Shown here: one piece after another, positions 1 through 13,760 of the stretch | How the letters are laid out: each line of letters begins with the position of its first letter | Numbering within the stretch: the first letter of the stretch is position 1 | Origin: Vicugna vicugna | Taxonomy: Eukaryota | Direction of reading: 5' to 3' | Length of the DNA: 64,000 nt | NCBI GenBank assembly: GCA_013265495.1 | Contig: MU058636.1 | Coordinates: 2,480,001 to 2,544,000, forward strand | Notes under the pieces: model-generated | The model's input: only the letters and a program-made list of their open reading frames with translations | What the model was told of the DNA's origin: nothing | Database searches by the model: none | Position numbers and translations under genes: made by a program

Positions 1-704
1 CATTGCTTTCTGCCTGGAAAGATAAACCGGCATCAAATTTGTCTTGTCAGGCAAGATGCGTTCCATTAGCAAGACCGATTCCATCATACACCGTATTGTG
101 AAGGAAGTCATTTCATTCCTCCTCCTTATCTCAGGTCCTTTCTCAAATGCCAAGACAGTGAGAGGAGAGGTCGACTCTGGGTCCTAGAGTGGCTTGGGTT
201 GAGCAGGGCAACTGTGGATCATTTATCGTTTTAGCCAGAATTGGAGTGTTGTGCTTAGCTATTCTGACACAAGAGCCTGTTGGCCATCCCTAAGTTTGCA
301 GAAGTCAGTGGAACTGAAATTTCCTTAAGGAAAGAATTTGAAATATATTGATTCCAGCTCTACTCATTTGATGATTAAACAATTACTGAGTTCCTGGTTG
401 AGTTCTTGTGTTTTCTGTTTTATGCAGGACTCATTGGGAAAATGAAAGTGTGCTTGATGCTGTAATACCTGTGGGTGAACATACAGTTAATTTAAATATT
501 TAAAACACTAACGTTTGCTTGGCCTTCATGCAGAAATACTATCTACTTTCAGGCTATTTAAACACTTACTAAATATCTAGCATGGTGTTTTCAGAGTGCT
601 GACTGCCGTCTGAGTGGCCTTCCGGGACTCCCGTTTCTCTGTGGGGAAGGCCCTGGGCTTCCCACACCGAGGGCCTCTCACACGGTGGGGGAACGACCTC
701 GTCC

Positions 705-931
705 TTAGGGCCAGGTCTGAGCCCCTGGAATGGCTTTGAATCCGCTTCCACTGTTGACAGGTTTCAGGCCTTGGATAAGTTCCCTCACCTCTGCTCCTCG
801 GTTTCCTCTCCTGGACCCCGGGGAGACATAGCACCTCTGTATCGAGGTGCTGTGAGTCCCAAATGGCACAGTACGGGCAAAGCACTGAGAACAGTGCCTT
901 GCTTGTAGCAAACACATAAGAGGTGTTAGCT
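705..931 (+). mobile_element. MIR SINE
   Basis: Core similarity (CCTTGGATAAGTTCCCTCACCTCTG..CTCGGTTTCCTC) and 3' AAAGCACTGAGAACAGTGCCT. Confidence 0.75.
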
Positions 932-1080
932 TTTCTTCTGGTCAGTTATGGTTCTTGTAAAACCGCAGGAAAGTTGGTCTGACTGGGGGAGTTTAAATAA
1001 AGACTTAAAGATAAAACCACCTTGGCATTGTCATCTGTCACCAGGGTCTTGATACCCTGGGTGATAATAAAAATGCTGGA

Positions 1081-1320
1081 GGGATAGATTGGGAGTTAGG
1101 GATTTGCAGATACTGACCACGCTATCTAAAACAGGTAAACAACAAGATCCTACTATAAGCACAGGGAACTGTATTCAGTACCTTGTAATAGCTTATAATG
1201 AAGAAGAATATAAAAAGGAGTATATGTGTATATATATATATGTGTATATGTATAACTGAATCACTGTGCTGTTCACCAGAAATGAACACAACATTGTAAA
1301 TCAACTATACTTCAATAAAA
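1081..1320 (+). mobile_element. L1 3' UTR fragment (cetartiodactyl-type)
   Basis: Typical 3' UTR (GCACAGGGAACT..., AACTGAATCACTGTGCTG, CAACTATACTTCAATAAAA); TSD AAAAATGC(T/A)GGA at 1069-1080 and 1321-1332. Confidence 0.9.
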
Positions 1321-1999
1321 AAAAATGCAGGATCCTAATGCTTAGTTTGGTGCTGCGTTGCCCTGGGTTAACAGTCCTGCTTTGACGTCTGTCTTTCCCC
1401 ACATCTGCTCCCCTTCTCCCCTCCTCCCTCCCCAAGGTGGGGATTCTCAGCTTCCATGATTATGTTCTTCATAGCAGTCAGATTAGCTGTTGCACACACA
1501 AATCCCCATCTACTCTGTTTTTAAAAGATACGGCTTTAGAAACAGTGGGCTGATGGTTAATTTTGTTGTACTTTGTTATTAAGCGAAGATGATGTTAATA
1601 CCTAATGAGTGATGAAAAATCAATTAAGTTCATTTAGGGAAATTAAAGGCTGACAAACTCATAATGGCTTCTCTGGTTGTTAAATGAGATTGACATGGAT
1701 TAACAACTGGTGGTGGACAGGAATTTCCTGAATTTCCTGAAGTCTACTTCCATTAAGATGACAGCTGTGTTGAAGAGCCCGTCACCAGGGCACTCCGTTG
1801 CGGGGCCCAGGAGTGTGAAGGAGAGAGCTAATCAAATAAGGCAACTTGTACTTTATTTTAATTAGGCAAATTCCCCTTCACGTTCTAATCACATAAACTC
1901 AGTTGTGCATGGTGGAGAAGCCAGCGGCCAGCCATCTTTCTGTCTCACTCTGGTCTTTGTTTTTCTTATTAAAAAAAAAACTTAGTTATAGACGTAACT

Positions 2000-2388
2000 T
2001 TTGTACTTTTTAAAGTTTTTGAAATGTTTTATACAATTTTTAAAGTTTACATTCCATTTGCAGTTATTGTAAAATATTGGCTGTATTCCCTGTGATGTAC
2101 AATACATCCTGGAGCCTGTCTTACACCCAGTAGTCTGTGCCTCGCCCTCCCGACTCCTGTATTGCCCACCTCCCCACTGGTAAGCACTAGTTTGCTCTCT
2201 GCATCTGTGAGTCTGCTTCTTAGTTGATGCAGTCACTCATTTGTTGTTTGTTCTTAGATCCCACATATAAGTGATATCATACAGTGTTTGTGTTTTTCTG
2301 TCTGACTTAGTTCACTTAGCATAATGCCCTCCCTCCAAGTCCATCCGTGTTGCTGCAAATGGCAAAACTTTATTCTTTATGGCTGATT
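2000..2388 (-). mobile_element. L1 3' end fragment
   Basis: TTAGATCCCACATATAAGTGATATCATACAGT and TCCATCCGTGTTGCTGCAAATGGCAAAA, the reverse complement of ORF2 end/3' UTR. Confidence 0.85.
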
Positions 2389-3139
2389 ATGCATTCTGAA
2401 TTAAGCTCTTTTGTGAAAATAGTTTGTTAGCCATATTTTCAGTATTTGAAGTTTTGTCTGATAACCTATCACAAATCATGTTCACAAAAATATACTGAAA
2501 AATCGTATACAGTAGTACAGTTTGCAATGAAAAATGGAGTCTGGTCTAAGAGACTTACATCAGTAAGGTTGTTTAGTTGCTAAAATAGCAATAATGTATT
2601 CTCGAATGACTTCTGAAGGCCACTGACACCTTTTTAGTTTTGTGTGTTCTGTTTGTTGTACATTCATTTGTACATTGTCTTGCAATGTGGATGTAAATGG
2701 GATTTTGCTCTTACTTAGTTTATTAGATTCTTGTTTTACTAGGATATTGAGGGCAGGAAAGTACCAGATAATCAAATTTTGTTATACCTGTGGGACAAAT
2801 CTAGGTGTTATAGTTATGAAATGAAGTTTTCTTCTGCTTAAAATATATAGCATGTATAGCATAAAATCATTTTTTGGTTGATGTAAATGGAAGCATAATT
2901 TATGAATTTTGCAGCAGCCTGAGATTTTATGTAATAAAAATTTTTTAATGTGTCACTGTGTGCAAGATACTATACTAATAAGCACCAGGAAGATACAAAG
3001 ATGAATTTTTTTTTTAAGGCTCTGCTTTTAAGTTCTCTAGAATGAAAGAGACAGATAAACAATAGTACAAAGCACCTGCAATGGGAAATCAGTTCCAAAC
3101 AGAGATAGAATTATTTCAACAGGGGTATCTGAGACATCG

Positions 3140-3495
3140 GATTTCTCAGATACTGCTGTTGAAATAACAGTCTGTGGATATCTGGGAGGGGTGGGTCTGA
3201 AATCTGTAGGGCAGGCTCGGAGTCTGGAAACGCTGGCAGGGTATCTGTGTCACTGACTTGAGGCGGAATTCCTTTCTTGTTGGGAAACCCATTCTTTGTC
3301 CTTAAGGCCTTCAACTCATTGGATGAGGCCCACCTGCATTATGGGTAAGCTGCTTTCCTCAGAGGCAACTGATCATGAATATTAATCACACCTAAAAAAA
3401 GACCTTCAGAGCAACATCCAGACTGACTGGTGTTTGACCAAACAGCTGGGCATCATAGCCCAGCCAACATGACCCACAAAATTCACCACCACAAC
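3140..3495 (-). mobile_element. MLT2 (ERVL) LTR fragment
   Basis: AAGGCCTTCAACTCATTGGATGAGGCCCAC, GTGTTTGACCAAACAGCTGGG and terminal ACAAAATTCACCACCACA. Confidence 0.8.
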
Positions 3496-4349
3496 ATGTG
3501 TTTATGGGTGTTTCTGCTCTGTGGTTGAGCTGGGCATGCAGAGATGAAACAAAATAGATTTGGTGGTCACCCACGTGAGCTTAGAGTCCAATGACTGTTA
3601 CCTTGTCTTATTATTATGGTAACTGTAAAGATGTGCCTTATTTTCCCACCATGTAGCAAGTGAGGAAGCCAAGGTTCAGGGTAATAAGTCATTTGAGGAC
3701 CTTACTGTGACCATTCCCTATGCTGCTCCTCCAGAGAGATGTTTCCCAGATGATAATGGCTACTATTCTGTGAGATGCGTTTATACGGGATTCTCTGGCA
3801 GAAACTGAGTCATGGTTCCTAGACTTCATGCCCAAATGGCTATTAGTCAGTGGGACTAATGAAATGGGAATTTTTTTTGATATAAATTTTAACTACAACA
3901 AACATTGACAGCTTTTATGAGTGCACATTTTATATCATCAGTTGACATGTCCCAGGAGTGGAATTAACAGAACTAGACCTCCCTCTTTTACCAAACACTG
4001 TGATTAGGTTAAGGTTCTTGCCAGAAATAAAGCTGTCGTGTCTGCCTGTAAACAAGAGATGAATTGCGCACTCTAGCACAAAAGTCAGCCTGGTGTGTGT
4101 GACGGAGGTATTGACTGTTGAAGTTTATTTCATGTACCTGCACCATTGCATCCTGTTTTCCTGTGTTTCCTCCCTCTGTGGACTCATTAATTGGTTTTCT
4201 GTGTTAGTGTCCTTCTGTTTCTTTTCCAGCTTATGCTTCTAGAGAGAAGGACCCTTTTCGATTCACTCACCATTACACCATAAGGATATAGGGACTGTTT
4301 AATGCTGACGTAGCAGACCGTCTTTGTGGCGAATGTGTTGTGTGATTAG

Positions 4350-5195
4350 CTTTTTAAAAATTAATCTTTATTGAAGTATAGTTGGTTTAGAGTGTTGTGT
4401 TAGTTTCTTCTGGTGTACAGCATAGTGATTCATTTTTACATATATATGTATGTATGTCATATTCCTTGTCATATTCTTTTTCATTATAGGCTGTTACAAA
4501 GTATTGAATATAGTTCCCTCTGCTATACAGTAGGACCTTGTTGATTACTTTATATGTAGTTATTATCTGGATGATTTGCTTTTTTAAAAAGTTTACTTCT
4601 GTATTGAGTTATAACTTACAGACAGCAAAGGCACAGTGAACCTTCACATGTGTATAAGTCCGCATCCAGACGTGGAATATTGCCAGGACTCCAGCAGGCT
4701 CCCCAGCCTTTCCCGCTCCCAGATAACCCTGCTCTCTCGCCATGGCAGCCCTTTGCCTGTGCTTGAACATTGTATAAATGGAACCACAGGGTTTGTGCTC
4801 AAGTCTCTGGCTTCTTTTGCTGCACGTGATGTCTGTAGCCTATGGCGTCTTGTCATTTTCTTTTCATTGCTGTGAAATATTCTGTTGCATCAATAGTCCA
4901 CACTTATCTGTTGTGCTGTTGAGGGGCATTTGAAGGGTTTCCACTTTTTTGTCTATTATGGATAATACTGTTACGCATGCTTTTTATATATTTTATTGGT
5001 CAACATGAGTACTAATTTCCCTTTTTACATACTCAGGAGTGGCATTGCTAGGTTGTAGGGTTTAGTTTTAGGAGAAACTGCCAAACAGGTTTGGAAAGTG
5101 GTTGTACCAACGTTTCCTGCCATCGACAGCATATGATAGTTCCAGTTGCTCCTGCCTCCTCACCAACGCTTGCTCTGTCTTTGGTTTTAAAATAT
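4350..5195 (-). mobile_element. Adjacent L1 fragments (younger 3' UTR ~4350-4560; older L1M ~4580-5195)
   Basis: TTTATTGAAGTATAGTTG..GTGTACAGCATAGTGATTCA; then GTTGAGGGGCATTTG..AGGAGTGGCATTGCTAGG..GAAACTGCCAAACAG. Confidence 0.78.
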
Positions 5196-8100
5196 TCCTC
5201 AAGTTCTCTTGAAGAGATTTATGGAGTTGTAGAAGCGACTCTAGTTACAGCAGTAATTATCACACACCATTCCCTTATGATTAGCTTATTGAATTTGTGC
5301 TGTTCCTGGCAAGCCCTTTGCTTAAATTTCTGCAGATTATTCTCCGATGACCTTCTCTTGTAATGTTCCAAATGTTTGGATGCTGAAGCTGAGTTAATGT
5401 GCTTATAATTGCATTTGCCTTTCTTCTGGGCAGTGCCTCAAGACCAGACACGAGTTTTGAAGCCAGATTTTGTATGAGGGAGATAAAGAGGGCTGCTCTG
5501 ACTCGACATCGCTTTGCACTGTGTTCCTGACCGCCACCCCTGGGGAGCCTTGGCCCGATGCTGGGCTGTTCCCTGATTCTGTGATGTTAGCAGGAAGACG
5601 GGTGGACCGCAGGGCACGCTGGCACCTCTGCCGGCGCCAGCCCTCCCTAACGAGCCTGAAAGCCAGCTTGATGGGTGACTTCTTTTTTCCCTTTTGCAGT
5701 TGTAATACAGGTTCCCTTGGCTACACGTTTTACTTGGAGATAAAAGTGATTTCTCTGACTTCTGTCCTGACCTAGTTTTTGCCTCCAATTGTGCCTGTTA
5801 TCTCTAGGAGTCTTTAGGGATGTCTGGTTTTTTCTCTTGCCTCAGCGCCCATGCCTTTGGGTGAGCCCGTTTGCTGGAGGCCTCGGGCATCCGGCATGGC
5901 CTGTGGGAAGGGAGCGGGGGCACTGTCCTCGGGAACCAGGGTACCGACCCCGTCCTGGCTTCCCCTCCACCCCTCGCGGTGCCCCGCCTCTCTGGCAGGA
6001 GGGGTGTGCGTTGTGGGGAGCTAGTCTTTCTCTAATCAGGCGTTCACCTGCCTCTGTCCCCGGAGGCTTTGGAAACCCGAAGGGCAAGAATTGACCCGGT
6101 TGTGTATGCTTGCTTCCGAGATGTCAGTGCCGAGGAGATGGTACCAAACGCCTGGCTGCCTGAGTGGGGACCCTGTGCTGGAGGGGAGAGTGGAGAGGGA
6201 CGGGGGCCCATCTGTTAATGTTTCAGAATGTTCTGTGACTTCACCTGCTGGGTGGTTCTAGTTCATTCCTTTGTGCTATAGGAATATGACGTGAGTTTCT
6301 CTGTGTATGAGTTATATATGTATTCCCCTCAAGGGGCGTTGTTCGGGTGGGGCAAGGGGGCATAGATGCAGTTGAAGGAGAACTCAGGGGACTGGATTCT
6401 TGTGACTTCGGACAGAGAAACAAAGCGGGTGCCTGGTGGGAGGAAGGCATCAAGCCACCTCCCCAGCACGCGTCATTGTGGCACCAAGCTGAATTTTCCA
6501 GCTGTTTTGGGGCAGTGGAGGTGGTCGCTGTGGACCCTGGGGGCGCAGCCTGGAGTGGGCCTGGGTGCAGGAGGTGGCTGTCTTCTCCGTGCCTGCAGGG
6601 TTTGGTCTCCAACTGAGGGACACTGGGGCTCCTGTGGCCTGTGAGGCCATACTTGGGCCAGCTGATCCCTAGGACTGGAGGCAGGGGCTTGGACTGGGTC
6701 CTGGGGGGATGGCATCGAGTTGGTGTGACCCAGGTCCTTAGCCACCTCACTCCTTTCAAAGAAGAGTACCGTCGGTGGCGGCCTCAGCCCTGGCCACCCC
6801 TCCCCGCTTACCCAGCAGTCCTGTGTTCCGGGAGTCGGGGTGTTTCCTGAGTCTAACCCCTGTGCACGCGGGCTTCTGAGAATATGAGAATTAAAGTTTG
6901 ATTTACTGTTAAACACGACTGCCTTCATTAAAGATACATTTGTGTTTTCCTAAAGAATGTAGTCAAAGAAGGCTCTCTCTCCCTCTGGTTAGTGTGGTTT
7001 ATCAGAACACTAAGAATGCGTCCTCACCTGGTTTAAAACCAGCAGTTGGCATATCCCAGAGAAGGTTCCAGTTTTTTGGGTGTAATCTGGAGGAAACAAA
7101 TTGGCAGTTACATTTTATATTAAAAATAATTGTGTCTCATTTCTCTTTCTTACTAGCACGTGGAGCACACAGCCATGAGATTCTCCCAAACATCCTGCAT
7201 GGGGTCTTCAGTTCCGGAAATAGAACAGAATTTGTTGTTAGAGAAACTGAGGCACAGAGAGCAGTAAAAGCCCACGTGTTTTGCTTACCTGCACCAGTCA
7301 CCTTTCTCATCGGGGACTAAATTAACCAGTGGGTTCCTTGGGCTACTAGAACTTTTAGTTTAAGACGTTGCAAGGCATCTGAGTTAACTTTATTTACTTT
7401 AAAATGGGAATCCATGAAAGTGAATGTAGTTTAATATTGTGCTTTTCAAATGAACTTGGCACTTACTGCAGTAGTGTAGGTGTGTCGTAATAGGAGATAA
7501 GCTGTGAGGTCAGATTTCTATGCTTGTAATTTCTTCATTCTGCTTCACATTTCTAGGCTTTTTAGGAATTAACCAGAGTACTCTGGTCCAGTCTTATAAC
7601 CATCTTCCTTTTCTTTGTTGGGCAGGTCTATTTTTGTATTTCTATTTCATCTTCTTCTCAAACTTCGTATCTTTTATAAACTTTACGTTTAGCTTTTGTC
7701 ATTCTTAGGGACAAACTTCTCAGCTGGGCTGGGAATCTGACTTGCTTGTGCCCAACTGACATTCCTTGTACTAAAATGTTATTTCTTTTTTGTCGGATAT
7801 TAATTTTTAAAAGTCAGTGTCCTTGTAGCCCCTGTAAGTGCTTTATAAATGTGGGAGTAACATATAGCTGAAGATTAGGCATTTTTAACTCAATAAAGGG
7901 GGAACTACTGTTTTTTTGTGTAGCAAAAGAGAATGTTCATATTTTAATTTTCATATTTTAGTTTAATTTAATAGTTAATTTTTCACATTCATAATTTAAT
8001 TTTATAATACAATACATTGTAGCATGCATATCTGGGGTTGAGTTGGTTTTTACACTGCCGACTGTTTATGTATTTAGGCCTGAAGAAAGTTTGTCATCTA

Positions 8101-8344
8101 AAAAAAGCATGAACAGACCAGTTTCCAAATGTTTGTCAAATTATTTAAAATGGAGTATTTGTTTTGTACTCTAAAGAATAAGTCTGCCAGTTAGTATCCA
8201 GTTCAGGGTCAGTTTTTCTATATTGTACTTTTTTCAAATAAAATTTAAATTTGAGTTTTATTGGCAATGGTGGACTGATCTGTTGTAAACCAGTTCACCT
8301 GCTGAGAATAGAAAAATTGAAATAAAAAAAAGTCAAAAGAAAAA

Positions 8345-8830
8345 AACCCGTGTTCATACATGCATGATCAGAGTAGTACTGTTAACAGTACCAAAAGGTG
8401 AAAACAATTCAAATGTCCATCAGCAGATAAATGGATGAACACATTGTGGTATATATGTAAAATGGAGTATTATACAGCCATAAAAAGGAATAAAGTACTG
8501 ATATATGCTGCAATGTGTATGAATTTCAAAAACATCATGCTAAGTGAAAAGAATCCAACACAAAAATTCACATATTGTATGATTACATTGATTCCACGTA
8601 TATGAAATTGTCAAAATAGGTAAATCCATAGAAGCAGCAGATTGGTGGTTTCCAGGGGTTGGGGAGGGGCAATGGGGAGTGACTGCTTAATGGTGTTTGG
8701 TTTCCTTTTGAATGTATGGCAATGTTATGGAATGTTTAGAATAGAGGTGGTTGTGAATGTGCTGAATGACACTAAGTTGTTTACTCTAAATGGTTCATTC
8801 TGTTTTATGTGAATTTTACCTCAATAGTAA
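8345..8830 (+). mobile_element. L1MB-type 3' end
   Basis: AAATGTCCATCAGCAGATAAATGGATGAAC, CATGCTAAGTGAAAAGAA, GTGACTGCTTAATGG, TGAATTTTACCTCAATA. Confidence 0.82.
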
Positions 8831-8914
8831 TTAAAAAGACAACTATTTTCAAAGTGCAGTGGAGAGTGACCAGTGCAGTAAGGGCTGTGGATCCAAGATC
8901 GCAGAGGAGTATTT

Positions 8915-9120
8915 TGCAGTCTAATATGGGGAGCCACTGTTCAGTATGACAATTTAAATGGAAGTAAAATAAAAAATAAAATTAAAATAAACTTGCTCAG
9001 TTGCACTGGGTACATTCTAAGTGCTCCATAACCACATGTGGCTAGTGGCCGCCATGCTTTATGACAGAGCAGATGTGGAATATTTCTGTCATCACAGGAA
9101 GTTCCTCTGGACAGTGTTGG
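8915..9120. mobile_element. MER3-like hAT-Charlie MITE
   Basis: CTCAGTTGCACTGGGTACATTCTAAGTGCTC..CCACATGTGGCTAGTGGC..ATCACAGGAAGTTCCTCTGGACAG. Confidence 0.7.
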
Positions 9121-9439
9121 ACAGGGCAGGTCAGCATATGTGATAGAGGTGAGCATTGGCAGGAGTCCTGGGAGAGGTGAGGCATGAACTGTTTTGAAAG
9201 ATGAATTTCCAGATGGAAGAATAGGGGGATGGCCACTCCAGTACAGGGAAGGCACAAAGACAACAGGGCTTGCAGAAGTTTTGACTCACCCAGAGGTCGT
9301 AAGTAGTGTTAAATAGGTCAATGTGGCAGGAGTCCCGGCTGCAAGAGACAAGGCTAGAGGGGAAGGCAGGCCCCAGGTTCTCAAGGGCAGGGGACCCTCA
9401 GTTAAGGAGCTTTTCTACAGGACACTCAAGAATGTCTTT

Positions 9440-9720
9440 TATATCATATTATGTGGAATCTAGAAAGAATGACACAAATGAACTTATTTACAAACCAGAA
9501 ATAGACTCACAGACATAGGAAACAAACTATAGTTACCAAAGGGGAAAGGAGTGCGAGGGAGGAATAAACTGGGGGTTTGGGATTAATATATACACACTAT
9601 TATGTAAAAAATAGATAACTAACAAGGACCTACTGTAGAGCACAGGGAACTATATTTAATATCTTATAATAAGCTATAATGGAAAAGAGTCAAAACGAAT
9701 ATATATATATATATATAAAA
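9440..9720 (+). mobile_element. L1 3' end fragment with (AT)n
   Basis: ATGTGGAATCTAGAAAGAATGACACAAATGAACTTATTTACAAACCAGAAATAGACTCACAGAC. Confidence 0.87.
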
Positions 9721-12700
9721 AGTGCTTTTTATCTATCACTTGCTTGCTTCTTGACTTAATGCTTCTTTTATCAATTTACATAACAAAAATAAAATTCTTA
9801 CATTTAGCTAAAATATTTTTCCTGGTCTTTGGTTTGCTTTAAAAAAATGTGGTGGTGATCAGTTTTTATGTAGGCTAGTCTGTGCTTCTTTTCCTTTATA
9901 GTTTCTAAGCATAGAAGGTGTCACCTCTGGAGGCTGAGACATTTTTAGTTTTGTTTTATTTTTATATTTTTTTAATATTAAACAGTGTCAAAGTTAGTTT
10001 TGTGTGTCTAGAACTAGGTTCCTAAATTTTACATGTATGTGTAACAAATGTTTTTTTCAGATGCATTTGCCATATGTGTATATAGGTAGGTAGGTAGATA
10101 GATAGATGCATAACAAATTACTAGCTAGGACTCCCTGAAGCATTTATTAAACAATGTTTCCCTTCCTGGTGATGGATTCTTTGTCATGTTTTACATTTTA
10201 TATGTAATGAGGTTTATTTCCCAGTCATTAGTTCTATTCTGTTGATCTCTCTCTTCTTATGTTGATGTCACTTTATTTATGCCACAAAAATTTTAAGTAT
10301 CTTTCTGTGTTTGTAAATTAAATCTTATGATTTCTAGTTCTCCCTCTATGTTTGTTTGAAAATCGAAACTCATGATGACACAGGCCTTGTCAGTGGTCTA
10401 AACAGACTAAATCATACAGCTGGGTCGCTGAGGTCCAGGCTGGCACGGTGTTTACTACAAACACCACTCACTTATGAGATACACATCTTTAAGAAATGTG
10501 TGTGCTGGTCTTGTCACGCTTTGAAAGCCTGCCGTGGCTCATTCATGATGATTCGTTCAGCAGACAGTCACAGACAATGGGAAGGATCTCCCGTGGCTGT
10601 GTTACCGTCCTGAGAGATCCATGTTTGTACACTGTAACCTTGCTGTGTTAATCTGCAAGCACCAGCCCTAAGGAAAGTACTGGCACTGGCGTTTTGTCGG
10701 TTGTGGAAGGCTCAGACAGCTAGAAATAACTAGCGGGTGGGGGTGCTTTAAATGATCTAGCCTATCTGGAAGTGCTTTTCCTCTTCCTTTCCCTGGAACT
10801 TCTCTCTCTCTCTGTGTGCACACGTGTGTGCAGAGGCACAGGCTGAGGAGTGCGGCTGAGGGCGCAGGGATAGGACTTGGTGAGCTGTGGCTCTTCTCGG
10901 ATGTCATCCTTCAGGGGATCCGAAGGAGGTCGTGGCTAGGTTTTCAGGGAGATGGCTTCATCAGCATTTTAAATGTTCCTTGAATCCGGTCAATAGCATC
11001 ATCTGCTGTGTCTCTTGTGCCCATGGTTTGCTTTTTGGCAGATCATTTATGTAACCAGAAAAATGACGTGTTTCTGAGGTTGCTGTAGAGAATAATTAGC
11101 AATTTTCTCAAACAATTTGAAGTTCAGATATTATCACTTATTTAAAATGGAGTAGCATTTACAGAAATTAGTCAACAATCTTAAATTGTTGCCCTTCCTT
11201 CGTTTGAGGTGAGCTATTCCCATGCGGAAACAACTCGTTCGTGGAGAGCTTTGCTGTTCCCAGAGCACCTTTCTCGTCTCTCATCTCACTTCATGCTTAC
11301 AACATTCCAGCGAGGTAGGTATTGATATTACCTACATTTTACAAACAAGGAAATCCAGATTTATAGGGAGTAAGAAGTACCCCCTCAGAATCCCTTTCCG
11401 ATCTATGATGTGTCTCAGATTTGTTTTCCTGATCCGTTTCTTGGGGTTTTCTATAAAATGGAGACAGACAGAATCACTCTAATTATAATGGCAATCCATC
11501 TGCCCATGATTATTCATGTTTATAAAGACTGTCACATAACCGTGTTTAAAATTGCCCCATTGAGGAACGTATTTATTTATTTTAATTAATTATTAGTTAT
11601 AGATGCGTTACAAATATACAGCTATGATGAAGATTGCACAGGCCACTTTATGTATATAATTAGTTTCCCGTAAGTTTTATCTTGAGGCCGGTCTATGAGT
11701 TTTGCCTTATATATTTTTCCTATTGATGTCTGCTCATGGGTTAAGTGGTTTATTATAGGAGGCAATGGAAACGGAATCCCATGCCTATTTGAATCAGCTC
11801 CCCTAAAGGGAATACATGATTTCATAGATCAGGCTGCTCAATACCCCTCTTTTGTTTAGAAATTTTCAGGCTTCTCCGAGTCATAGGACCACACTTACTG
11901 ACTTTCTCCTTCCCGGTGGGGCTGCCTTCGCCACGTGCCTCCCCTGACCGATTCCTCCTCCTCTTGCCTGAATATTCCCTTTGATGCTCTTGAATTGAGT
12001 ATTTTTGGAATTTGCTGATGAACTTTGCCAAGTGGGTCTCAGGGTAAATTCAGATATCCCACAGCCTGCAAATATGGACATGTTTCATCTTTTGTAAATA
12101 TTGACCTTAATGATTTAGATAACGCGTAAAGTTAACTAAACTTAAACACACACACAACAACTTTGTGTGGGGGAAAATGTGTGTCAAGGGAGAAGAGAAT
12201 TAAAAAAAAAACAGCACACAGTAAATCTCTTAGAAGGAAGTCTTCATTTTCTTAGCAGCATCTTCCTGTCTAATAAGATAGTTTAGTCTCATTGTGACAA
12301 ATGATAAACCAAATAGGCCAAATGAATGCACCGCGAGTGTCCCCCTCCGTGTGGCAAAGCGTCTGCACACGTGGCTGCTGGAGGCAGCTGTACTCAGTTT
12401 TCGACGTCTCTCTTGATGAAAATCTTCATGCTCAAGCCTATCATTTTACCCTTAGCATCTTAGTTAAGCTTTCTTCCTTCCTTCCTTTCTTTTTTTTTCC
12501 AAATAGGACCTATGAAATGCTTCTGCCCTAACAAATCACAGCCCCTCAATTAGCAGCAGTTGGAATAAGTAATTAAAAATTTTTTTGCTTTCTATACATT
12601 ATTGATATTTCATTCCATTGCTTCATGTGAGATAATGAGAAGTCTCCATAGAGCCCACGCTTATTTGTACCATTTACCGGATGAAAGGAGCCGGATTTCC

Positions 12701-13489
12701 CACATACGATGTCTGTGCCTCACCATCCGCTGCGCCCTGATGATTGGGTTGAGCTGGGGTGATAGGTAAGCACATGGTTAACTCAGGGATGTGAGGAAGA
12801 CGATAAACTCTAAAACGCACTGTGTCTCAAAGCATTATCGGTCTGCATTTTCACTTGAAGGCTGTGACACGATCTTTCCAAAGTTTGGTATCCCTTCCTG
12901 AGTGAAAAGTAATACCTGATTGGGATTTAGGTTCCGGGAGCCACAAGAATTCCTACCTTAAAGGAAGTTTTGTTGTAAGGTTGGCGATAACTAAGGTATC
13001 AAGCACTGGGGTGTTGTAATGGTAGCTGCTGCTGTTTCTGTAATAATTTTTACATTATTTTCACTACATTTAAATCATTTCAGAAAGTATGCAGTTAACG
13101 ACCATGTCCCTCTGCTAGGGGACTAAATGTGCTCAAGAAATATACAGTGAGTAAGATGTTCCCACCCTCGGGGACTTTATAAGTTAGTGATGGATAAAAA
13201 AATATATCCACAACTAAGGCCTAGAGTGTGATGATCCGGATGGTAGGAACACAAGGAGAGGCTGCAGAGGTTCATCTTAGCTGGAGGATTGGGAGTCCTT
13301 TGTGGTGGAATTGCATTTGTGCCCGCTGGTAAGGGCCGAGCAGAATTTGGACACGTGGGGCTGGGGGAGCAGGAAGTTCCGAAGGGATCTGCGGGCATCC
13401 TCAGACAGTGGTTTGGGAACAGAGAGAGGCTGCATTCATTTGGAGCACAGGGGGGTTTAGGAAGAGGTGGCAGAAAAAGATCAGTGAGA

Positions 13490-13760
13490 TTAGAAAGATA
13501 CCACTTGTATGTGGAATCTTAAAAAAAAAAGAAGAAAATAAAGAAGAGGACACTAATGAACTCATCTACAGAAGAAACACTCGTAGACATAGTAAGCAAT
13601 TGTATGATTACCAGGGAAGTGGGGTGGGAAGGGATAAATTTGGGAGATCTGCAAATGTTAACCAGTATATGTAAAAATAGATAAAAAATTTCTTCTGTAT
13701 AACACAGAGATCTATCTTCAATATCTTATAATAATCTTTAACAAAAAAGAATGTAGGAAT
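13490..13760 (+). mobile_element. L1 3' end fragment
   Basis: ATACCACTTGTATGTGGAATCTTAAAA..CACTAATGAACTCATCTACA..GGGATAAATTTGGGAG. Confidence 0.82.

Noticed and set aside
830..851. 8-bp hairpin AGCACCTC/GAGGTGCT
   Set aside because: Short stem inside a MIR, expected by chance, and too short for a pre-miRNA.
1605..1662. C/D box snoRNA (GTGATGA...CTGA with ATGAG/CTCAT stem)
   Set aside because: Only ~34 nt between boxes, the stem overlaps the C box, and no C'/D' or rRNA guide is recognisable.
2559..2787. Minus-strand exon bounded by CAG and GTAAGT
   Set aside because: Stops in all three frames and no other support.
6241..6928. Overlapping 150-170-aa ORFs
   Set aside because: GC-rich region with ORFs in several frames on both strands and no domain or splice support.
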